Positions 27,601 through 41,951 of a DNA stretch of 64,000 bases are shown piece by piece. The notes below the pieces were generated by a model that saw only the letters and a list, made by a program, of their open reading frames with translations, was not told the origin of the DNA and made no database searches. Position 1 is the stretch's first letter. Each line of letters opens with the position of its first letter. The translations under genes and the position numbers were made by a program. The stretch is from Piromyces finnis finn. Lineage: Eukaryota > Fungi > Neocallimastigomycota. The DNA lies in assembly GCA_002104945.1 (NCBI GenBank), contig MCFH01000050.1, positions 345,027 to 409,026 on the forward strand. Reading direction: 5' to 3'.

Positions 27601-30600
27601 ATGTTCACCAAGAATATTCCAAATATGTGTCCATTCAACACGAATACGACTCATATTGTAGTAACTAATTTCAACTAACTTTTGAAGACTGAACATACGT
27701 GGATGCTTACTGTTAGCAGTAGACTGAATTTCATTCATAGAAACTTCGCAAAGTGCTTTAACAAATTGAACAATTGATGAAGCAGATAACTTGACAGAAT
27801 TAGTGAAAATCTTATCTACCATGACAACCATAGTTTGAGAACCTGTTTCTTCAGCAAATTCTTCTGCTAAAGCCTTATGATCAACCTTTTGTGGGAATTG
27901 TGGTTTATTAAAGTTCAAGGTAGTACCAACAACCATTTGAAGGGTAGCTGGTAATATATTATTAATATTATTAATTGGTTTCTTTGTTTCAATAATATCA
28001 AGGGCCTTAGAAGAATCTGGATTATCCATACCAAGACTACCACCAAGAAGTTGTAATTTATCTAACTGGCTAATGCATACACAAACCTCCTTCCAACAAT
28101 CATCAAGATAATTACTTTCAACACATGCTATTTCTAATAAATATTTCATAGCTTCAATATTCTTTGGCTTCAATTCGGACATATTATTAAGTTGAGTAAA
28201 ACGAGAAACAGTAGAAATAAAAGCCTTTCTTTCTAATTCCATATCAAATTGGCACACAAGATAAAGAGAATATTTGAACCCATCAAGTGACATATTAACA
28301 ATTTCTGGATCATCACTTTCTTGGATTGGAGCACTAAGACCAGTTAAAATAGCCATCCAACTAACTTCAATCATAGATTTAATATGTTCATGGTGAGTAG
28401 CGGTATACCAAGTCTTATCATCATCATCAGAACCTTGGAAAATAGAACCGGTCTTATTCTTAATACGATAGAATTCAGCTTCTGTTTTAATAGCTAAATC
28501 TTCACTAGCAAAGGCCAAATCCTTCTTATTACGACGAATGTAATATTTTGATCCATCTTGAACGGTCTGATCCATACTGCCTTTATTACCTTCATCTTCT
28601 TCATCGAGTGGCTCATTATTACCAGTCATTTTTGCTGCTTGAGCCTTTTTATCATTCATAACAATTTCATTATTATGAATATCATCATAAATAGCTTCTA
28701 AAAAGTCCTTTGGTAAATCCTTACCTTCATCAATACCTCTATTATTCTTAACGAATTCAGCCTTGGTCATTCTATTCTTAACTTGATCATTATGTAAATC
28801 GGTATTAAGCATAACAACAGAATAAGCTAAAACATAAGCAGTATCAGCACTACTGAAAGTTTGTGGATTACCCTTTAAATATCTTTCAGCAAACTTTAAC
28901 ATAAATCTATCAATTTTTTGGGCTTCACCAGGAAGTCTGAAACTTTGTAAAAATACACGAAGAGCAGTTACAAATGTCATGTTACTGAAACTCATTAAAT
29001 CAACAAAAGCGTGCATTACTTGAATATTATATTCATCACCTTCACCAAGATATTCACCAATTTGTGTTTTATTTAATCCTTCGGTATTGAGAAGGAAAAC
29101 AGCAACTTCTTTTGGATCATCAGAAGTAAGGTGGCCAGTTTCAATTAAATATTTTAAACCACGCTTTGGTTTCCAATTGAATTTTTCAATACCTTCTTGT
29201 AAAGTTTGCTTTTTATGTTTAATTTCTTCAAATTGAGTTGGATCATCATAACTTTGTTCCATTAATGAATCTGAATCAAAAGATAATTTTTTATTTTGTT
29301 CTTGTTGTTCTTGTTTTTCTTGTTGTTCTTTTTCTTTAAGTTTTTGTTCTTTTTTCAATTCTAAAGCGGTTACTTTTTCTTTACAGAAATCTACTAATTT
29401 CTTTAAAATACCATTAGTTAATAAATCTAAACCTCTTTTCTTTAACTCAGTATAATCTCCTTCACTAGAATACATATCTCTAACTTGTTCTTTTGTAAAG
29501 GAAGATAATGTTTCAGTAGTAATTGCTGGTGGTAAATTACCATTAGATAAATTAGAAACACTTGTATTAGTAGATTGATTATTTGGAGTCAATGGTTGTA
29601 TAGTATCTTGTTGTCTAGAATTTAATAATTTACTTAAAGCGTTAATTAAGCGTTCCCATACATTGCTACGTGCGCTTTCTTGGTTACTACAATCAAAATT
29701 TAAATAAATTTCAATCAAAAGTTTAGCAGTATCTTCTTCTGAAAACATAGTAAGTAACGATTTTAAAAGAGAGAAACGTTGATGATAAGTTATTGAACTA
29801 CGTGCTTCCAAAATTGGCAAGATTAATTCAGTAAATAATACCAATAACTCTTTCTGTTTGATAATAAGCAATTAATCCATTTTTTTTAACATTAAAATTT
29901 AATTTTTTAAAGAATGAATCATATAATAGTGAAATGTTTTAATCAGTCATTTTTATATCAAATAATCATATAATTCAAATAAATATTTGAAAAATTTTAT
30001 TTTTGTCAATATATTAGTAAATAATATAATTTATATATATGTATATTATATTTTTAAGTATTATTAAAAATAAAACAATTTATAAATAATATTTAATATA
30101 AAGTTATTAATAATGCTATCATTATTTTACCTTCATTAATTTTCTAGTATGAAGAACAAGTTCAACAAAAATTTTTAATGTGATATCAAAAACTTGTGGT
30201 ACTGGACTAGCAACGTTTCTAGTTAAACTAAGACATATGTATTGCTTGATAGCTTGAATAAATAAAATTTGATTATATGGTAATGGAAGAAGATCTGGAT
30301 GGAATAAAATTGGAGCTGGAACAAATAATACATTTTTGTGTGATGAAATGATAGTATAGATTAAATGAATAGATAATAATTTTGATCTCATTGCATGAGA
30401 TTTTAAATCAGTAGCTCTATTGAAAATGTATTTAATTGATTGTTCAAAATTTTTTTTTTTAGTTGTTTTATTTTGTTTTTTATTTATATATTTTTTTGTT
30501 AGAAAGTATATCAAATAATTATAAATATTGGTATAATTGATATATAAATAAATGTTATATTATAAACATTGAATAAAAATTAAATTTATTATATATATAT

Positions 30601-32221
30601 ATATTTATTTTATTATGATATTTTTAATTAATTAACATACCCTTCTGGAGCTGGTAAAGTTTTCATACTTAATTTGCATAAGGATCTAAATACTAAGAAA
30701 GCATCCTTGATATAAACATCATGTAATGATTCACCTTCCTCATTTACTGCAGGTTGAGAAATATCCCTAAAAATTTGAAGTTAGCATTATAATAATTAAA
30801 ATAATAATAATAATAATAAGCATTAATATGTTGTTTATATACAATATATATATATATATATAAGGAATAAAAAAAACTTACTCTGAACTTAATTTCATTT
30901 CTAAACTTGAATCTTCATTTTCAAGAACTTTGGCCTTTTCTTGTTCTTCTTGTTCCTTTAATTTTTCTTGTTTTTCTTTATCATCATCCATTTCAGAACC
31001 ATCCTCTAATTGTTCTTTAATTGCATTTTTAATATTTGAAATAGGTGTTTCTGGGATTCTACCAAAAACTTCTTGAACAATTTGAGTCAATGATGCTTGT
31101 GCAATCATTTGAGTTGTTGTACTTTTACTTAATAAAAATATATTATAAGTAGTTCTAACAGCCTTAAGTAACGTTGTGGTATGAATTGCGCATGGTTCTT
31201 TTGATGAGGATGCAGCAGCTAATAAAGCCTATCATTTTCCAAAAAAAAAAAAAAAAAAAGTATATCAATATAATATAATTCAAAATTGTCGAGATTGTAT
31301 ATAATTCTCATTTAATAATGAAAATAAATATTAAATATTAATTGAAACAATTATTTATTATTTTTAAATTAAAATTAAAAAAAAACTTCTTATTGAATTC
31401 ACTATAACTAACAAAAAAGCTTTCTATCAAAGTTACTTATATAACATATTTTATAAAATATATGTACATACTTTTGTTATTTGAGTTTGTATTTCTTCAT
31501 TGGTATCACCTCCTGAAAAACAATTACAAATTAAATCTATTGAAAAATCAATCCAGTTGACCTTATCATCACTACTTTTATCAAAATCAATATTATGTTT
31601 TTGTAATCTTTTCTTATGGTCTTCATTATATTGATATAATTTTTCCCAATAATCATATGTAAATAATTTTCCTAAGCAATCAATAGCAATAGATTGTAAT
31701 GAAGAAGACTTTGTTTGGCAAGCTAATTCAAAAGGATGAAGAATTTCACAAACAAGTGAACCTCTTAAATCTAAACTAACAGTATCTAATGATATTTGTT
31801 CCAATAATTCTAATAATTTAATATATAAATAAATAAATAGGCAATTAATAAATTACTTTATATTCTTAAATTGATGTTAAAATATAATTTATCGGTATAT
31901 ATGATAATGAAATAATAAAATATAATTTCTTCTAATTATTATAATAATAATAAGGTTTAATTAAATAAATAATTCCATTAATTCCATCACTTTTTTTATA
32001 ATAAAAATAAAAATTCGAAAAGTAAACAATCCCAAATTAATTTTTAATTTAATTACTGAAAACTTACTTAATGTAGATTTACATGATTCTTTTAATTCGC
32101 GATACTTTCTTGTTTCTCTATGTGTAGATATTTGTTCTAATGCAACTTTAACAAATAAATCTGAGGCTGCAATTGAATATGAATCTATTGAGCTACTAAT
32201 TGAGGGCCTCGGCAAACTCAT
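24689..32221 (-). CDS. SEC7: Large Arf guanine-nucleotide exchange factor, Sec7/BIG family, multi-exon
   Basis: DCB (PFELACQTK..AIDCLGKL) and HUS (LIEIYLNFDC) regions, a Sec7 domain with FRLPGEAQKIDR and AYVLAYSVVMLNTDLHN, and HDS1-3 (RMFSLQKLVEISYYNMSRIR, FWFPILFGF, LEVRTRALNYIF). Confidence 0.97.
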
Positions 32222-33998
32222 ATTTTTAACTGTATAGTATATGAAAATTCTAATTAAATTATATGTTTATTGTGTTTGTTTCTTTTTCTGTTTTTTTTTT
32301 TTTATTACTATTATTTATTATTTATTTATTTATTTATTTGTCTGTTTGTTTGTTTGTTGTTATTATTTATTATTTATTATTATTTCTTGATACCTACTGA
32401 TATTACGTTTCTAAAACGAATTTATGTTTATATAATGTAATTAAATTTTTTATAGATTTATTTTTATTAAAATTAATATATATAAATTTGATGATTAATT
32501 GTTTATTTTTATTTTCTTTTTTTTTTTTTTCTTTTCTTTTATTAAATATATTAATTATTTTAATTTAATTTTATTATCAAAAGTATTTTAAGGGATTTTA
32601 ACAAAAAGCTTGATATCTAATGTTGATTGTAATAATTTGTTTATAAATTACATTTTGGAATTAGAAAATAAATGAATAATAATAAAAGAAAAATAAAGTT
32701 AGTATTATATTAGAAAAAAATTTTTTTTCGCAATGTGATATGTAATAATTAAATACTAAGAGATATATTAAGTAAATAATAAAATATTGTTAAACAAAGA
32801 AAAGAAAATGAAGAAGAAGAAAAAAAGAAAAGAAAAGAAAATGATTTCCGTTTTAAAGAAAATCATTTCCCATTTTTTAATTTGCCAAAATAAAATCTAA
32901 ATCATTTTCTATATTAAAAAAAAAAAAAAAGGTCTTTACTTTTTGCTTTTAGTAATATTATCGAAAAATAATATATCTAATAAAAGATATAATATTTAAC
33001 TTTCTTTTTCTTTTAAATTATTCTTAATTTGAATATTTGATTTTTTTAAAAAATCCCTTGATTTTATTCTCACTTTATTTTTTTTTTTTTTATATTTTTA
33101 ATAAAAGAAAAAAAATTAATATAAAATAAATATATTTATTATTTTATTAAATTTAAATATACATCAATAATAAATAAATTTTAATTATTAATATTAATTA
33201 TTTTTTTTAATTATACATTTTTAATTTTTGATATTTATAATTTTTTGCATTAATCAAAAAGATCTTACAAACAAATTATAATAATAAATAATAATATTAT
33301 TTTCAAAATCTTATTAAAATACTTATATGTAAAGATAGAAATAATAGTAAATGAGCAATAACTATTAAAATAAAAGATTATAGTCATTTAGTATTACTAC
33401 ACAATCTACTTAATGTTTCAAAATTATATATAAATTTAATTTGATGATTTTATATTATTATTTATTTATATATCTATTCGTTCATTTATTTATTTATTTA
33501 TTTTTAATATGCTGTTAAAAATGTTTATATTAAAAAAAACAGGTTAAGTGGGAAAAAATTAAATTTTTTTTTTTTTTTTGAATTTTTATTCAATATGTTA
33601 CATTATTAATATATTAATAAGTAACATATTAAAAAAAAATAGGAGAGAAAAATAAAGGGGAACAAACACTACCTAAAACAATTTAAAACAAAAAATGTCG
33701 ATATATAAACATATTTTAATTCATAAAAAACATTTTTGTATTACTTTAAATATTAATGAAAAATTGTTAATATTTGATTATTAATAATATATAAATGTTA
33801 ATTATTTTTAATTTTGTTTTTGATACGTTGTAATGGCAACAACAAGTAACTTACTATTAAATTAATAATTTTACATTATTTAGAAAAAAAATCTTATAAT
33901 ATTTCAATAAATTACAAATAAAATAACAATTTTCATCATATAACTAATTTTAATAGAAATAAACAAAACATAGATGTTTTGTTTATTCGTCCGTTCTT

Positions 33999-34037
<39 letters not shown>

Positions 34038-34665
34038 TTCATTCATTTATTCATTTATTCATTTATAATTTTATTAAAATTAAAAAATGGAATATAATAA
34101 AATTTGAAAATTTGAGGATATTACAACATTTAAAAATATAGTAAATAAAAATTTATTACTATTTAATTTTTATAGGGCAATTTTTAATAATTTAAAATAC
34201 AGAAAATACTATTAAAAATTCATTAAAAAAGTAAACTTTAATATTATTTAAAAAATATCGTATTTGCATAAAAAACGTTACTTGAAAAGAAATTTATATA
34301 TATATAATTTTTATCTATTTTTTTAATATTTATTTATTTACATATATACTTTTTTTTCTTTTTGTAATTTATTTATATAAGATAAAATATTATTTTATAT
34401 TATATTATTTTATTTTATTTTATTTTATTTATTATTTACTAAATTATTTTATATTTTAATATTTGCTTTTTAATATTGCTTTTTAATAGGTTTTAAAAAA
34501 AAATGCGGATAATAAAAAATTATTTTAAATAAAAGTTGATTTTATATTTTTTATACAATAGAATAATCTTACGGATTATGATTAATCTTATTAAATATTT
34601 ATAATAATAAATTAAATTATTTTTTCTATTTTTTTTTTTTTTTTTTATTTTTGGATAAATTAATC

Positions 34666-36015
34666 TTAATGAGCAGGAATGATTCTTTTATTTACATCAA
34701 TACTTAAATTATTTGTTAATAAAGAATCAATAGATGAAACGATTTCATCTGTTAATTTTATAATACAACGAGAAATATTTTTTCTAAAGTGTTCAGAGGT
34801 TCTATCATTAACCCAAACACTTGTATTCCATCCATGTGTATTTTCGATAAATTGTTTTGCAAACTCGATACCACCTTCTTTCATACATCCCATAAGAATA
34901 CAATCAACATAAATTTGAGAAATTGGAATATCAGTTGTTGGAATAAAAACATCAACAATTTCATAAACCCAAATAATAGCATCAGGAGCTAAAAGATCTT
35001 CATCATTAATATCTTTATTATTATCATCATGAATAATAGAGATATTTTTTCTTGAAAGTTGAACTCTACGATAGTGAAGCTCTCTTTCATCTAATTTTGG
35101 GAGGTCATTTATTGGATCATCAATTGGAATAATAACACCATTGCAGGCAATGGATAAATCATCAACTTTAGCAACACCAACAGCAGTGTATACATCTCTA
35201 CAATTGTAATTCCAGGATCTTTCAAGACCCTTGGCTAATACTTTGATAACTCTAGCTGATTTTGTGGAATCAACAGTACAACCACGTGAATCAGGATTTA
35301 TCAAAGAACCATAACCAAATACATAATTTGGATGTAAAGCATAATCATCATCAATTTGTTTTTCTTTTTCAACTTCATCGACCTTTTCATATTCTGTTTC
35401 TATTTTTTGCTTCTTAATAGACGGTACTAAATGAAGGCTGTTATGACTATTTGATTTTGTTTTTAAATTTTTGCAATCCACTAAAATATTACTTTCAAAA
35501 GATTTTTCCAAATTATTTTCAATAATTTCTTCATTTTTAATATTATTAAGAGAAATTAAATCTTTGATTGTCTCCTTATTATCATTATTATATTTTTGCT
35601 CATAAGTAAATTCAGAATCTTTACTTAATAAACCATAAAGATGAGAAAGAATATTAACACCATTAATGTCCTTATTCCATAAATCTAAATGGTTTTGATA
35701 GTTGTTCCATTGGACTATTGAATTAGAAAGGCTAGAAATGTTTAAATTATTAATAGATGCTAATGAATGGATATCACTAGTCCAATTATTATTAATTTCC
35801 TTATTAAGGAAGTTTACGCTTCTTGTTAATTGGTTGTAATAGGCAGTATTTTTAACATTAAAGTTCTTACTATAAATATTATCGTAATAATAATTAACGA
35901 AATATTTAGTAGAATTTAATGTCCCATAATTTAATAAATTTCTAGTATCATCCTTTTCAACAAAAGGATGATATTGGGTTTTAAGTGTCAAATTATAAGC
36001 GTATTGACTTGCCAT
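34666..36015 (-). CDS. Gamma-glutamylcyclotransferase-like (GGCT/AIG2/ChaC fold) protein with an unassigned N-terminal extension; intronless
   Basis: YVFGYGSLIN motif, GLERSWN, CNGVII, LPKLDERELHY (catalytic Glu position) and PISQIYVDCILMGC..FIENTHGW..WVNDR. The first ATG is at 36015 (MASQY). Confidence 0.8.
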   Translation of the reverse strand: MASQYAYNLTLKTQYHPFVEKDDTRNLLNYGTLNSTKYFVNYYYDNIYSKNFNVKNTAYYNQLTRSVNFLNKEINNNWTSDIHSLASINNLNISSLSNSIVQWNNYQNHLDLWNKDINGVNILSHLYGLLSKDSEFTYEQKYNNDNKETIKDLISLNNIKNEEIIENNLEKSFESNILVDCKNLKTKSNSHNSLHLVPSIKKQKIETEYEKVDEVEKEKQIDDDYALHPNYVFGYGSLINPDSRGCTVDSTKSARVIKVLAKGLERSWNYNCRDVYTAVGVAKVDDLSIACNGVIIPIDDPINDLPKLDERELHYRRVQLSRKNISIIHDDNNKDINDEDLLAPDAIIWVYEIVDVFIPTTDIPISQIYVDCILMGCMKEGGIEFAKQFIENTHGWNTSVWVNDRTSEHFRKNISRCIIKLTDEIVSSIDSLLTNNLSIDVNKRIIPAH

Positions 36016-37537
36016 GATAATATGAAAATCTTCTTTTTTTTTTTCCTTTGACTTAAATTTAATATACAAAAATAATTGGCTTTTTTCTCTTTATTTCAAT
36101 TATTTACCTTGTTTATAAATATTATTAAAATTTTCTTCTCTTTACCTTTTGATAAATTTTCTCACAAAGCTTTAACAAAACTTTACTTTTGTTATTAATT
36201 CTTTTTTAATAAAATATATTTATATTATTTAAATACTTTAAATTTTTAGCGATGTTATAACGATGCAGGTTCTTTATAATAAAAAATTGGTTATTAATAC
36301 TATTATTTAATTTGAATTGTTTAAACATATTATTTTGATGGTAAAAAAAAAAAATAGCACTTATTTGTAAAAATTAAAAATATATTTTTATAGAAAAATT
36401 GTACTTATTTATACTTAATTATTAAAAGAGCAATAGAAAAATATTTAATTGTAATAATTTTTAAATATATATTAAAGTTTAGTTGTTTTATTTAACTAAA
36501 ATATACTATATTAATAATTTAAATGATCTTTTTTAAGATTTATATATAATTAAAAAAAAAAAAAAATTGATATTAGAATAATCTATCAATTAATGTATTT
36601 AATATTATTTGTATTTTGTATTTTGTATTTAATTTCTATATTTAAATTATTAGCAATTATTAACCTAATTATCTTTAATTTTTGGTGAATTCTATCTTTT
36701 ATAATTAGAATATATTAAAAATTTCTCATATCAAATGAAATATTTAATTATTATTTCTTATCTTAAAGAGATAAAAACTAGATAATTATAGAATTATACT
36801 AAAATATTTTTGGTATTTATTTCTAATATTGCCAAGTAAAATAATATTTCTTTTTTAATTCTATTTAAAAAATATAATAAAATTTGATGTTTATTTACTA
36901 TTATACTACTTTTAATAGTAATGTTTTTCGTGGTTTGTTGATTTATTGTTTAAAAAATAACTATTGTTATTACTGACTTTTTTTTTAAGAAAAAAAAAAC
37001 ACTATTTATATAAAAATATAGCAATTAAAAAAAAAATAAAATAATTAAAATTCCTCCTAAATTAAAGATTATCAAAAAATCAACTAATTTTATGATATTA
37101 AAAAAAGATAAAAATTTAATACATATTATAATATATATTATAATATATTGTTGAAATAATTAATATTACACTTTTATTTAAACTAATAAGTTTTATAGAA
37201 TAAAGCCAAGTAATTTAAAAAAAGTAACTTTAGAAAAATAAAAAAATGAAAAAAAAATTACATAAAAAAAGGCTTACAAAAAAAAAGTATCATATTAAAT
37301 AAAGGTATATTTATTTAATCTAATATTAAATTATTATTATTATTATATCAATTTTTATTTATAAATTCTTATTAAAGATTTCTATACCAAAGATACTATA
37401 TTATAATAATACCAAAAATATATCTTTAAAATAAAAGGTACATTTCTATATTCGTATTTAATATCTATTTAAATTTATAAATTGCAATGAAATATTGTCT
37501 TTTTTATTATTATTACTATATATTATTATATTATAAA

Positions 37538-37690
37538 TCACCCTTAATTTAGTAAACCGCCGATCGAAATTGAAATATTCTAGAATATATTAAATGTTAT
37601 TTTATTTCCAATTTCAAATTAAAATTAGCCAACATAAATCTTTTAAAGTCTAATTAAAAAAGGAAAGAAAATAATAAAATAATAATTTTT
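37538..37690. mobile_element. Probable decayed interspersed repeat / DNA-transposon end
   Basis: A CpG-containing island (CACCCTTAATTTAGTAAACCGCCGATCGAAATTGAAATATTCTAGAA...) in otherwise nearly pure AT DNA. No partner TIR was found. Confidence 0.3.
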
Positions 37691-39700
37691 TTATTTTCAT
37701 CTAGGTATTCTATATAATTTTTTTTAATATTTTATTAATTCTCTCTAAATAATATTCAATTAATAAAAAGTTAACTATTAAAAATATTAATAATAAACCA
37801 GTTATTTCTGAAATATAATTGGTTAAAGATTAATTAATAAAAAGTTGATATTTGTAACATCATAAAATAAAAATTGTTATTATCTGTTAACATTTGTTAA
37901 TTTTTGACCAATTATTATAGTTTGATATATTTAAATTTTTTGTAATATTATGTAATATGCAATAATCATTTCCATTAATATTCTATCCTATAAAATTAAA
38001 ATTAAATGAATAAATAAAAAATAATAAATGTCAAAATTTTAAAATATTAAAATTGGGAAATGGTTAAGTAAAAAACAGAATTAAAAAAAAAATTAAAAAG
38101 TTAAAAAAATCTTAGTAGATTTTATAATTTAAAAAAAAAAAATGTATAATTCAGTGATACCTATATGACAACAACGTTTGACTATTAAAAATACATATAT
38201 TTAATAAAAAAAATATTAATTATATATTATTATTTATACTATTATAAAAAATTTTATTAAAACAGAACAGATATATTATAAATTTAAAAAAAGAAAAAAG
38301 TGTATTAATAAAAGCGCATAAATTGGTTTTCATATTTAACCTTTTTTTTTTATTTATTTATTTTTTGCTTGTTTTTTAATTTAACATAATATTATTTAAT
38401 GCTTTTAAATAATAGTAATTAACTAGAAATTTAAAAATAAATAATTAAATATATTATCTTATTAGAATAAAAAACGATATTATTAAATAAAATATTTAAA
38501 TAAACAAATTTAAAACCTTATTTTCTGTAAAAGTACGATGTTGTTACGATATAAATAATATAAGCACTTTTAATATGTAAAGGGATTATAGTATATATAA
38601 TATATAACATTTAATGTAATATAATGAAATATAATGAAATACTTTTTTTTAAAAAAATAATAATAATAATATTTCATTATTGTATATTCAAATTTTAACT
38701 AATATTATTTTTATTTTTTATTCTATATATTTTATGATTAAAATAATAATATCTATATAGTTAATATGTAAGATATAAAAAAAATACAAAATGAAAAAAA
38801 GCATTAAATAATATGATGTATTCATTCCATATAACTTTTTTTAGTATATTATATATTGTCTTCTTGTAAAAAATATAGTCTATTTTTAACTATCTATTAT
38901 TTATTATAATAACTCTAATAGTATAAAATAATTTGACTTACACCAGTTTTTTAAAATTTTCTTGATTTATTTACATTCTTCATGACATGTCATTGTACAT
39001 TATTTAATGCTGTGATATGAAACTAACTACATATTAGCCATATTTAAAATATTCAATTTCATATTTAAAAATTTATATAAAAATATTTTATAATTTTATA
39101 ATAATAATAATAATAATACTTTAATAATTATAATGAATTATTTGCATATTAATTATAGAATTCATGTACATATTTTGTTATATATAATATTTATTCATTT
39201 ATATATTTATTATTAAATATATTGAATTATAATATTAATTTGTATTACATTACTTATACATTTATAGAAATATTTCATTTAAATATATTATTGAATAATG
39301 TATTAAATCCTATTGAATTATTATTCATATTATATATATTATGAATTATGAATACATTATATAATTTATATTCAATTATATTCAATAGGAATTTTATAAT
39401 ATAAAATACTCATGTAAAATAATAATAAAAGAGGTTTAATAATTAATAAGAAAATATAATAATTAATTAAAGAAGTGAAATTACTTGTAAGAGAAGTTAA
39501 TTCTGATAATAAATATTTTCACTTACATAATAAATTATAAATAAACTAATATTAAATTCCTATAACATAAAAGTAATATTTATCAGCTGTATTGTTATAT
39601 TATGTGTTTGATTCAATCATGTGATAATAAATATGATGCAGGTTAATTTTATGTAAAAAGAATTAAATTTTAAGTATTAATAACTTTATTTATTACGTTC

Positions 39701-40407
39701 CAATATTTCTATTCTGTCTAAATACTAAAACGTTCTGTCGTTGTCAAATATTAAAAATTCTCACTAAAACAAGAAACCCTTTTTAAACAAGATTTATTCT
39801 AGTCTATTTATACTAATGAGGCTTACTTAATAATTAATTGTCCAATTATAAGGCTGGAATTGTATGGATCATTCATTTGCATTATTCTTTCAGATTAAAT
39901 GATATTACATTTTTCATACATTTACATTACATTATTGTATATTGTAGAAACAATTAATATTATAATAAAACTATATAAATTTAATATTAGGAAAAATTAC
40001 TAATATAATAATATGTTCAAGTCACATATTATTTTTATATCAAATATGATAATAATTATTTTTATATAGAAAAAATAAAAATATTAAATAATATGAATTC
40101 TATATAAATTATTATTATATTTCAATATTTCTCTAAATACTAAAACGTTTATTCTGTTATTCTCAGCTACATAAATTTACTTTAAGCAATAAATCTTCAT
40201 AATAATAATTATTCTCTAGTTTATATATATTAATAAGGCTTATTTAAGTATTAATTGTTCAATTATAATATAATATTAAATAATATAATACTAGAACTAT
40301 ATAGATCATAAATTTATATTATTCTTTTACTACATGTTTCATACATCTTATATTATTTTATATTAGGAAAAATTACTAATATAATAATATTTTTCAAGTA
40401 TTATTTT
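39701..40407. repeat. Diverged direct duplication (about 39701-40036 and 40123-40407)
   Basis: Shared ordered anchors: CTAAATACTAAAACGTT, AGGCTTA(C/T)TTAA, ATTAATTGT(C/T)CAATTATAA, TTTCATACAT, TATTAGGAAAA(A)TTACTAATATAATAA. Confidence 0.75.
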
Positions 40408-40863
40408 ATATTAACTTTTTTATGTTAAATATAATATATCTATTCCTTGGAAAGTTAACTATACATTTAACCCCTCTCATAATCATGATATGAGATATTA
40501 AGAAAGTAAATAAGAAATATGACTTACTAAATATTATAATCTAATCCATATTAAAAATCTGATTTCTAAAAAAATAAAACCAAATAACAAATAACTAAAT
40601 AATATCAAATATTAATAATAGAAATAATGGTAAATTTTAAAGAAAAAAAAATGAAGAAATATGATATAATATTTATAATATTATAAAAAAAAAAAAAAGT
40701 TAAAATTATATTTCCTTATTAAATAATTCAAAAATATTATTAAATATATTATTTAGCTTTCATATAAATTAATTTTTTTACAAAAATAAAATCTGTTAAA
40801 GCTTTTGTATAAATATTCATTTATATAATATAATAAATAATAAAATTACATAAATAATATAAC

Positions 40864-41520
40864 ATGCCTCCAAAAAAGCATAATAACAAAATAATAAAAA
40901 AAGAAAAAGATATAGAAAAAGATGTTGAAAAAGAAACAATTGACATAGACGGTAAAACAAGATGCGAATTTGCTTCTATTATTTATAAAAAAAAAAAATC
41001 CGAAATAATGTTACGATATCATGACAAAAGGTGGTGCAAACCTATCCATGAAGAGAATGAACTTTATGCAATGTTAGTGTTGGAAACTATGCAAGCCGGT
41101 CTCAGTTGGTTAACTATTTTAGAAAAAGAAGAAAATTATAGAAAAGCCTTTGACAAATTAAATCCTGTGATTGTTGCAAAATATAATGCTAAAAAAATTG
41201 AAAAATTAATGCAAAACCCAGGAATTATTCGAAATAAAAGAAAAATAGTATCAATAATTAATAATGCTAAAGCATTTTTAAAAGTTCAAAATGAATTTGG
41301 AACCTTTGATAAATATATTTGGAGCTTTACTGATAGAAAAACAATTGACCATCACCGTTCAAAAAAAGATGAAATGCCTGCAAAATCAGAATTATCAGAA
41401 AAAATAAGCAAAGATTTAAAAAAACGAGGATTTCAATTTGTTGGACCTATATCTATTTATTCCTATTTGCAAGGAATAGGTATTATTAATGATCATAATG
41501 AATTTTGTGATTTTAGATGA
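40864..41520 (+). CDS. tag: DNA-3-methyladenine glycosylase I (bacterial TAG family), intronless
   Basis: RC..YHD..W, LETMQAGLSW, NPGIIRNKRKI, SKDLKKRGFQFVGP and NDHNEFC are present, including the Cys/His/His/Cys zinc ligands. There is a basic N-terminal extension. Confidence 0.95.
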   Translation: MPPKKHNNKIIKKEKDIEKDVEKETIDIDGKTRCEFASIIYKKKKSEIMLRYHDKRWCKPIHEENELYAMLVLETMQAGLSWLTILEKEENYRKAFDKLNPVIVAKYNAKKIEKLMQNPGIIRNKRKIVSIINNAKAFLKVQNEFGTFDKYIWSFTDRKTIDHHRSKKDEMPAKSELSEKISKDLKKRGFQFVGPISIYSYLQGIGIINDHNEFCDFR

Positions 41521-41899
41521 TGTTATTATCTCACCGAATGAAAATGAAATAAAAAAAAATAAAATAAAAAATAAAATAAATTTTAAAAATAATAATAATA
41601 CATTAATAATATATTAAAAAATGAAGTTTGTTTTTATGTATTTATATATGTATTTATATATGTATGTTATATATGTATGTATGTATGTATATATGAATTT
41701 TTTAAAAAAAAACTTAATTCTAAAAAGAAAATATCGGAGGTGTAGAAGTGTAAAATATTTAATAAAATTATTTTACTTCAAGTATTTAAAAACATATTAG
41801 AAAAAATTAATATCTTTAAAAAAACAATCATTTAATTAGATATATATTATATTTTTATTTAGTATTTCACTAAATAATTACAATAAAATTTATATTATC

Positions 41900-41951
<52 letters not shown>

